A stretch of DNA of 63,986 nt, the filler included. It is 6 parts of 6 records of this genome, joined end to end, with 100 filler letters (N's around TTAATTAATTAA, not from the genome) between each part and the next. Parts side by side here need not be neighbours in the genome. Positions count along the whole stretch, not along the records: positions 58,968 to 63,986 come from DRR723986_2337; 5 more parts are not named here. One strand, written 5' to 3'. This document shows, piece after piece, positions 58,968 through 63,986 of the stretch. How positions within the stretch are numbered: the first letter of the stretch is position 1; every line of letters begins with the position of its first letter. The notes below the pieces were generated by a model. That model was not told where the DNA came from. It saw only the letters and a list, made by a program, of their open reading frames with translations, and ran no database searches. A program made the translations under genes and the position numbers.

Positions 58968-61923
58968 CGATCTGCTTTTCCTTGCGGGGCGGGCGCGATT
59001 CGAAGTTCTTCGGACCGCGATCCCGGTCGCCCTTCGGCCCCTTGGCGCCCTTGCCCTTCGGACCCTTGCCCTTGCCACCGCCGCCGGAGCGGTCGCCGTG
59101 GTCGCCGCGCGGGCGGTCGCCGCCCGCCGCATCCCGGCGGGGCTTGCCACCCCCGGCGCCGCGACGCTGACCGCCGCCGCGAGTGTTGCCGCGGTTGCCG
59201 CCCCAGGTGAAGGTGTAGAAGACCTCGACCTCGGCGCCCGCAAGCGCCTCGTCCGGCGCGGTGCCGGGCAGGATCTCTTCCTCGGGGGTCTCGGGCACCA
59301 CCGCCTCGTTCGAGGCTTCGTCCGTCGTCTCGGCAGGCTCGGTCGAGATCGGCGCCTCGCCCTCGTCCTCCAGCGCGGCGACCGGCTCTGCCACATCGGC
59401 GGGCGCGGGCGTCTCGCCGGCGCCGGGTTCCAGCGCGGGCGCGGTCTCGGCGGCGATGTCCATGACCGGCGTGTCTTCGGGAAGCTGCGTGGCCTCGCCT
59501 TCGACCTGCTCGCCGGTCTCGGGCATCACGACCGCATCGGCGGGCTTCACCTTGGTGCGCTCGCCCTGCTCTGCCTTGTAGCCGAGGCCGCCCATCAGGT
59601 CGGCGAACTGCTCCAGCGTCATGCCGGTGATCGACAGCATGTCGGCCTTGGCCTCGAAACCGGCGCGCGAATCCTCGGCGCGCAGCATGTCGGCGAGACG
59701 CTCCAGCATGTCGATGCGGATCGCCCGCTGCCCGGCCTTGCGGTAGCCCGCCAGCGTGTAATGCTGCTCCGGCACGTCCTGCACGTTGGGCACCGTCACC
59801 AGCCCCGGAGGCGGCGCCTCGGGGAAGATGTCCAGCCCGTTCGCCAGCGACCACAGCACCAGCCGCAACCGCGTCGGCGCGGGCTTCAGCATCAGCGGCA
59901 TGAAGACCGTGTACTGGCCAAAGCGCACGCCATGCTTGCGCAGCGCGCCGCGCGCCTCCTGATCCAGCGACTTGACGTCCTCGGCCACCTCGGCGCGCGG
60001 CAGCACGCCCATGGCCTCGACCAGCCGGAAGGCAAAGCCGCGCGCAAGGCCGGTCAGCGCCTCGTCGTCGCGCATTTTCACCAGCGGCTCGAAGAGCGCG
60101 GCGATCTTGCGGTCCATGAAATGCTGCAGGCGGCGCTCGACCTTCTGCGCCACATCCGGCCCGGCCTCGTCGTCGACGAAGACAACCACACGCGGCTTCA
60201 GCGCGTCGTCGCCCTTGGCGAGCTTGCCGACCGCCTGATCGCCCCACATCAACCCACCCTGTTCGGTAAAGTCGATCTCCGTATCGGGCGCGTTGTAGAA
60301 ACGGTCCGCGCGCAGGTGGAAATGCGGCGTCAGCGCCTGCACGGATGCCTGACGGAGGGTCTTGGCCTCCTGCCCGGTCGCGTCCTTGTCCTGACGGAAC
60401 CGGAAGCCTTCGAGTCGCCCGACGAATTGTCCTTCGACGGTGACTTCACCTTGATCGTTTACCTCGGCCAAGAGGGCCTCCTTCTGTTTCAACCGCCGAA
60501 GCAGAACGCTGGTCCGCCGGTCTACAAATCTTTGCGTCAGAGCCGCGTGGAGCGCATCCGACAGGCTGTCTTCTACAGCGCGCGTCGCCCCGCGCCAATG
60601 GTCTTCGTCCCGAACCCAGCCGCGCCTCTGCGCCACATAGGTCCATGTACGGATATAGGCCAGCCGTTTCGACAATGTGTCAATGTCGCCGTCGGTCCGG
60701 TCGATCCGCTTCACCTGCCGCGCGAGGAAATCGTCGGGGACGTGTCCCTCCTGATGCAGATGTCCGAAAATAACGCCGAGCAGCGACGCATGTTCCGCGT
60801 GAGAGATGCCGCGGAAATCCGGGATCCGGCAGACGTCCCACAAAAGCTTCACCGAAGCCGGGTCGGAGGCGCGCGCCATGACCTCGGCCTCCTGCGCCAG
60901 CGCGCGCAGTGCCCGCAGGTCGTCCGCCTCGCGCGCCTTGGTCAGCCGCTCGTCCTGCGGGGCGCTGTCGAGCGACGTCTCCAGCGCCGCGATGGAGCCG
61001 AAGCGCAGGTCGGCGTTGCGCCAGTTCAGCTTCTTCAGCGGCGTGAAGGAATGGTTGCTGATCGCCTCGACCCAGTCGTCGGGGATCGGCCCCGCCTCGC
61101 CCGTCACGCCGAAGGTGCCGTGGCTCATGCCCCGCCCGGCACGGCCCGCGATCTGCGCAAGCTCGTTCGGTTGCAGGGGCCGCATTCGCCGCCCGTCGAA
61201 CTTCGTCAGCGAGGAAAAGGCGACGTGGTCGATATCGAGGTTCAGCCCCATGCCGATGGCATCGGTCGCGACGAGGTAATCCACCTCGCCGTTCTGGTAC
61301 AATTCCACCTGCGCGTTGCGGGTGCGCGGCGAAAGCGCCCCCATGACCACCGCCGCGCCGCCCTTCTGACGCTTCAGCAGTTCCGCGATGGCATAGACAT
61401 TATCGACCGAAAACCCGACGATGGCGCTGCGGGCGGGCAAGCGGCTTATCTTTTTCGAACCTGCGTAGACAAGCTGGCTCATCCGCTCGCGGCGCACGAA
61501 CTCGACGCCGGGCACCAGCCCCGCAATCGGCCCGCGCATGGTGTCGGAGCCAAGGAACAGCGTCTCGTGCGTGCCGCGCATCCGCAGCAGGCGGTCGGTG
61601 AAGACATGGCCGCGCTCGGGGTCGGCGCAAAGCTGGATCTCGTCCACCGCGACGAAGTCGGCGCCCATGCCCTCGGGCATCGCCTCGACGGTGCAGACCC
61701 AATATTGCGCGCGCGGCGGGACGATGCGCTCCTCGCCGGTGACCAGCGCCACGACCGACGGCCCGCGCGCGCCCACGATCCGGTCATAGACCTCTCGGGC
61801 GAGCAACCGCAGAGGCAGCCCGATGATGCCGGTCCGATAGCCCAGCATCCGCTCTATCGCGTAGTGGGTCTTGCCTGTGTTGGTCGGGCCGAGGACGGCC
61901 GCGATCCGGGAGTGCTGGGGCAT
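58968..61923 (-). CDS. Suv3/MgpS-like SF2 helicase, 3' end truncated by the spacer
   Basis: GPTNTGKT, PLRLLARE, DEIQ, ATDAIGMGLN and QIAGRAGR motifs; acidic and Gly/Arg-rich tail. Confidence 0.9.
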
Positions 61924-61968
61924 AGCCCGCCTATCCTGCCCCCTCGAACGGGGTATTCCGGGGAAACG

Positions 61969-62550
61969 CTAGAGCGTCACCCCCCTGACTTCGCCTTCCA
62001 GCCGCTTCATCGCGCCGAGGGTCTCCTCGTCGTGCGGCCGCATCTCAAGTACGCGCTGATAGGCGTCATAGGCAAGGGCGCGGCGCCCCACCTGCTCGTT
62101 GATCGCGCCGACGCCCTTCAGCGCGGCGAAATGCTGCGGGTTCAGCGCCAGCACATGCTCCAGCGCGTCCATCGCGGGGCCGAACATCTCGGCCTGATAA
62201 TAGGCCAACGCCAGCCCGTGCCAGCCCTCGGCGAACTCCGGCGCATGGTCGGTGAGCGCGGTGAAATGCTCCAGCGCCGCATCGACATCGTCGACCTCCA
62301 GCGCGTCGCGGCCGCGCTTCAGCAGCAGGTCCATCGCCGCGGAACCGCTCTTGGACCACTCCGCGAGAAGCTGGCTTTCCAGCCGTCGCGCCGCCTCCTC
62401 GTCCGGGGCCTCGGCCAGTTCGGACAGCAGCCGCGATGCGCGATCCTCCGCCGAGGCGCCCTGGGTTGACGCAGCGTGGGGTAGGGAAAACATGACTACG
62501 GCCAGAAATGCCGTGGCGGTAGATTTGTAATCCATGGGACCCGTCCTCAT
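61969..62550 (-). CDS. Tetratricopeptide repeat protein (probably exported)
   Basis: WSKSGSAAMDLLL.RG, HAPEFAEGW and LNPQHF TPR units. Start at 62550 or 62535. Confidence 0.8.
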   Translation of the reverse strand: MRTGPMDYKSTATAFLAVVMFSLPHAASTQGASAEDRASRLLSELAEAPDEEAARRLESQLLAEWSKSGSAAMDLLLKRGRDALEVDDVDAALEHFTALTDHAPEFAEGWHGLALAYYQAEMFGPAMDALEHVLALNPQHFAALKGVGAINEQVGRRALAYDAYQRVLEMRPHDEETLGAMKRLEGEVRGVTL

Positions 62551-62622
62551 AACCTGTTCCCAATGTAGCCGATGCAGGCCGCATTGCCAGAGCACGATTG
62601 TGAGAGAGGCTAAGGAAGACAA

Positions 62623-62913
62623 ATGAGCGACACCATAAGCGCCGCCGTGACCGCGCTGAACGCCAAGATGGCCGGGGACGGCTTCGATGGCACCGCGAAA
62701 TTCGTGATCGAGGATGAGGGCAGCCTCATCATCGACGAGAACGGCGCCCATGCCGGCGACGAAGCCGCCGACGTGACCCTGACCGCGTCGCAAGAGACCT
62801 TCGAGGCGATCCTGTCCGGCGATCTGGACCCCACCAGCGCCTTCATGTCGGGCAAGCTGGCGGTCGATGGCGACATGTCCGCCGCCATGCGGCTGGCGCA
62901 GGTCCTGAGCTGA
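62623..62913 (+). CDS. SCP2 sterol/lipid-binding domain protein
   Basis: ADVTL, G.LDPTSAFMSGKLAVDGDM..AMRL; AAGGA RBS. Confidence 0.9.
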   Translation: MSDTISAAVTALNAKMAGDGFDGTAKFVIEDEGSLIIDENGAHAGDEAADVTLTASQETFEAILSGDLDPTSAFMSGKLAVDGDMSAAMRLAQVLS

Positions 62914-63875
62914 TGCCGCTGACCCCCGCTCCCTTCGACAGCGCCCTCGCCGAGGGACCGCTGGACAGCCGTGCCTTCTGGGTGAAGGCCTCTGACGGGC
63001 TGCGCCTGCGCGTGGCCCACTTCCCCGGAGAGGGAGAGCGGGGGACGGTGCTGCTGTTCCCGGGCCGCACCGAATACGTCGAGAAATACGGCCGCACCGC
63101 CCGCGAACTGGCCGGGGCCGGCTATCACACGCTGGCCATCGACTGGCGCGGACAGGGGCTTGCGGACCGGATGCTGGGCGAGCGCCGCACCGGCCACGTG
63201 GGCCTCTTCGCCGACTACCAGCGCGACGTCGCCGCCATGGTGGCGCTGGCCGAGGGGATGGCCCTGCCCGGGCCGCGTCACCTGATCGGGCACTCCATGG
63301 GCGGCTGCATCGGGCTGCGCGCCGCGATGGACGGGCTGGACGTGGCCTCCTGCGTGTTCACCGGGCCGATGTGGGGCATCCGCATCGCCAACCCGGTGCG
63401 CCCCGCCGCATGGGCGCTGAGCCGGATGTCGCGGTCGGTCGGTCTGGGACATCTCTTCGCGCCCGGCACCGGGGTCGACAGCTACGTCGCCTCCGCCGCC
63501 TTCGAGGACAACCTGCTGACCACCGATCCGGCCATGTGGGACTACATGCGCCGTCAGGTCATGGCGATCCCGGAACTGCAACTGGGCGGGCCGTCCCTGC
63601 ACTGGCTGCACGAAGCCCTGATGGAGACGCGGGCGCTGAACCGCCGCGCCTCTCCGGACCTGCCCTGCCTGACCTTCTGCGGCAGCAACGAACGCATCGT
63701 CGACGTCGACCGCATCCGCGCGCGCATGGCGCGCTGGCCGGGTGGGCGGCTCGAGATGGTCGAGGGCGGCGAGCACGAGGTCATGATGGAGGCCCCGGCG
63801 CTGCGCGAACAGGTCCACGCGGGCATGATCGCGCATTTCGACGCGGCCTCGGACGCGGTCGCCTTACGCGCCTGA
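62913..63875 (+). CDS. Alpha/beta hydrolase (lysophospholipase L2/PldB-like)
   Basis: PGRTEYVEKY, DWRGQG, GHSMGG and HE motifs; TGATG coupling to SCP2. Confidence 0.88.
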   Translation: MPLTPAPFDSALAEGPLDSRAFWVKASDGLRLRVAHFPGEGERGTVLLFPGRTEYVEKYGRTARELAGAGYHTLAIDWRGQGLADRMLGERRTGHVGLFADYQRDVAAMVALAEGMALPGPRHLIGHSMGGCIGLRAAMDGLDVASCVFTGPMWGIRIANPVRPAAWALSRMSRSVGLGHLFAPGTGVDSYVASAAFEDNLLTTDPAMWDYMRRQVMAIPELQLGGPSLHWLHEALMETRALNRRASPDLPCLTFCGSNERIVDVDRIRARMARWPGGRLEMVEGGEHEVMMEAPALREQVHAGMIAHFDAASDAVALRA

Positions 63876-63970
63876 CGGTTGGTCGTGATGCGCGGCTGAC
63901 GGTTGGTTGAGGTGTGACGGGCGGGCGCGTTGCGTGACTGACGGGCGGGCGCGTTACGCGACGGACGGCC
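63873..63970. repeat. Degenerate tandem repeat, about 24-bp period
   Basis: (T/G)GACGG unit starts at 63873, 63897, 63915, 63939 and 63963. TGACGGTTGGT occurs twice and TGACGGGCGGGCGCGTT twice. Confidence 0.55.
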
Positions 63971-63986
63971 TGCGAGGCGGCGTCGG

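Noticed and set aside
59098-62469. 1123-aa plus-strand ORF
   Set aside because: Antisense shadow of the helicase and TPR genes in very GC-rich DNA; no recognisable motifs.
62610-63836. 408-aa minus-strand ORF
   Set aside because: Antisense to SCP2 and the hydrolase; no motifs.
63873-63986. CRISPR array
   Set aside because: Units are contiguous and degenerate, with no unique spacers and no cas genes.

Overview
This is not one locus. Six unrelated contigs are joined by five artificial 100-bp spacers (N44-TTAATTAATTAA-N44, stops in all six frames). Taxonomic labels are impressions from gene content and base composition, not database results. (A) 1-17625, Roseobacter-like: a dense amine/amino-alcohol catabolic island. 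It holds a TTT transporter, aldehyde dehydrogenase, AGXT2L-type putative phospho-lyase, APH-fold kinase, UPF0261 protein, IclR and a second class III aminotransferase. It also holds a cytochrome P450 + glutamine-synthetase-like ligase + ferredoxin + class I amidotransferase + GntR module, then HpaI aldolase, aromatic amino acid decarboxylase, DUF2783 and an FAD monooxygenase. (B) 17726-24702, Rhodobacteraceae trp region (trpE...trpG-trpD-ung-trpC). (C) 24803-31501, Marinobacter-like: BetI-box-led choline-binding protein, NDT, AAA ATPase, LOG, trxC and an internally deleted bestrophin. (D) 31602-52328, AT-richer alphaproteobacterial housekeeping region: rne, M48 protease, DsbA, thiSG, aroQ-accBC-aat, mlaD, NDUFA12, nrdJ with NrdR boxes, GGDEF-EAL, GDPD, lipid hydroxylase and thiolase. 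(E) 52429-58867, planctomycete-like: HEXXH protein, HerA-like ATPase and YeiH transporter. (F) 58968-63986, high-GC Rhodobacteraceae: Suv3/MgpS-like helicase, TPR, SCP2 and a lysophospholipase-like hydrolase. The best candidate for an undescribed system is contig A, where a gamma-glutamyl-protection/P450 module sits beside a kinase/phospho-lyase amino-alcohol deamination operon with an atypical TctC. No rRNA, tRNA, CRISPR array or transposase was recognised.
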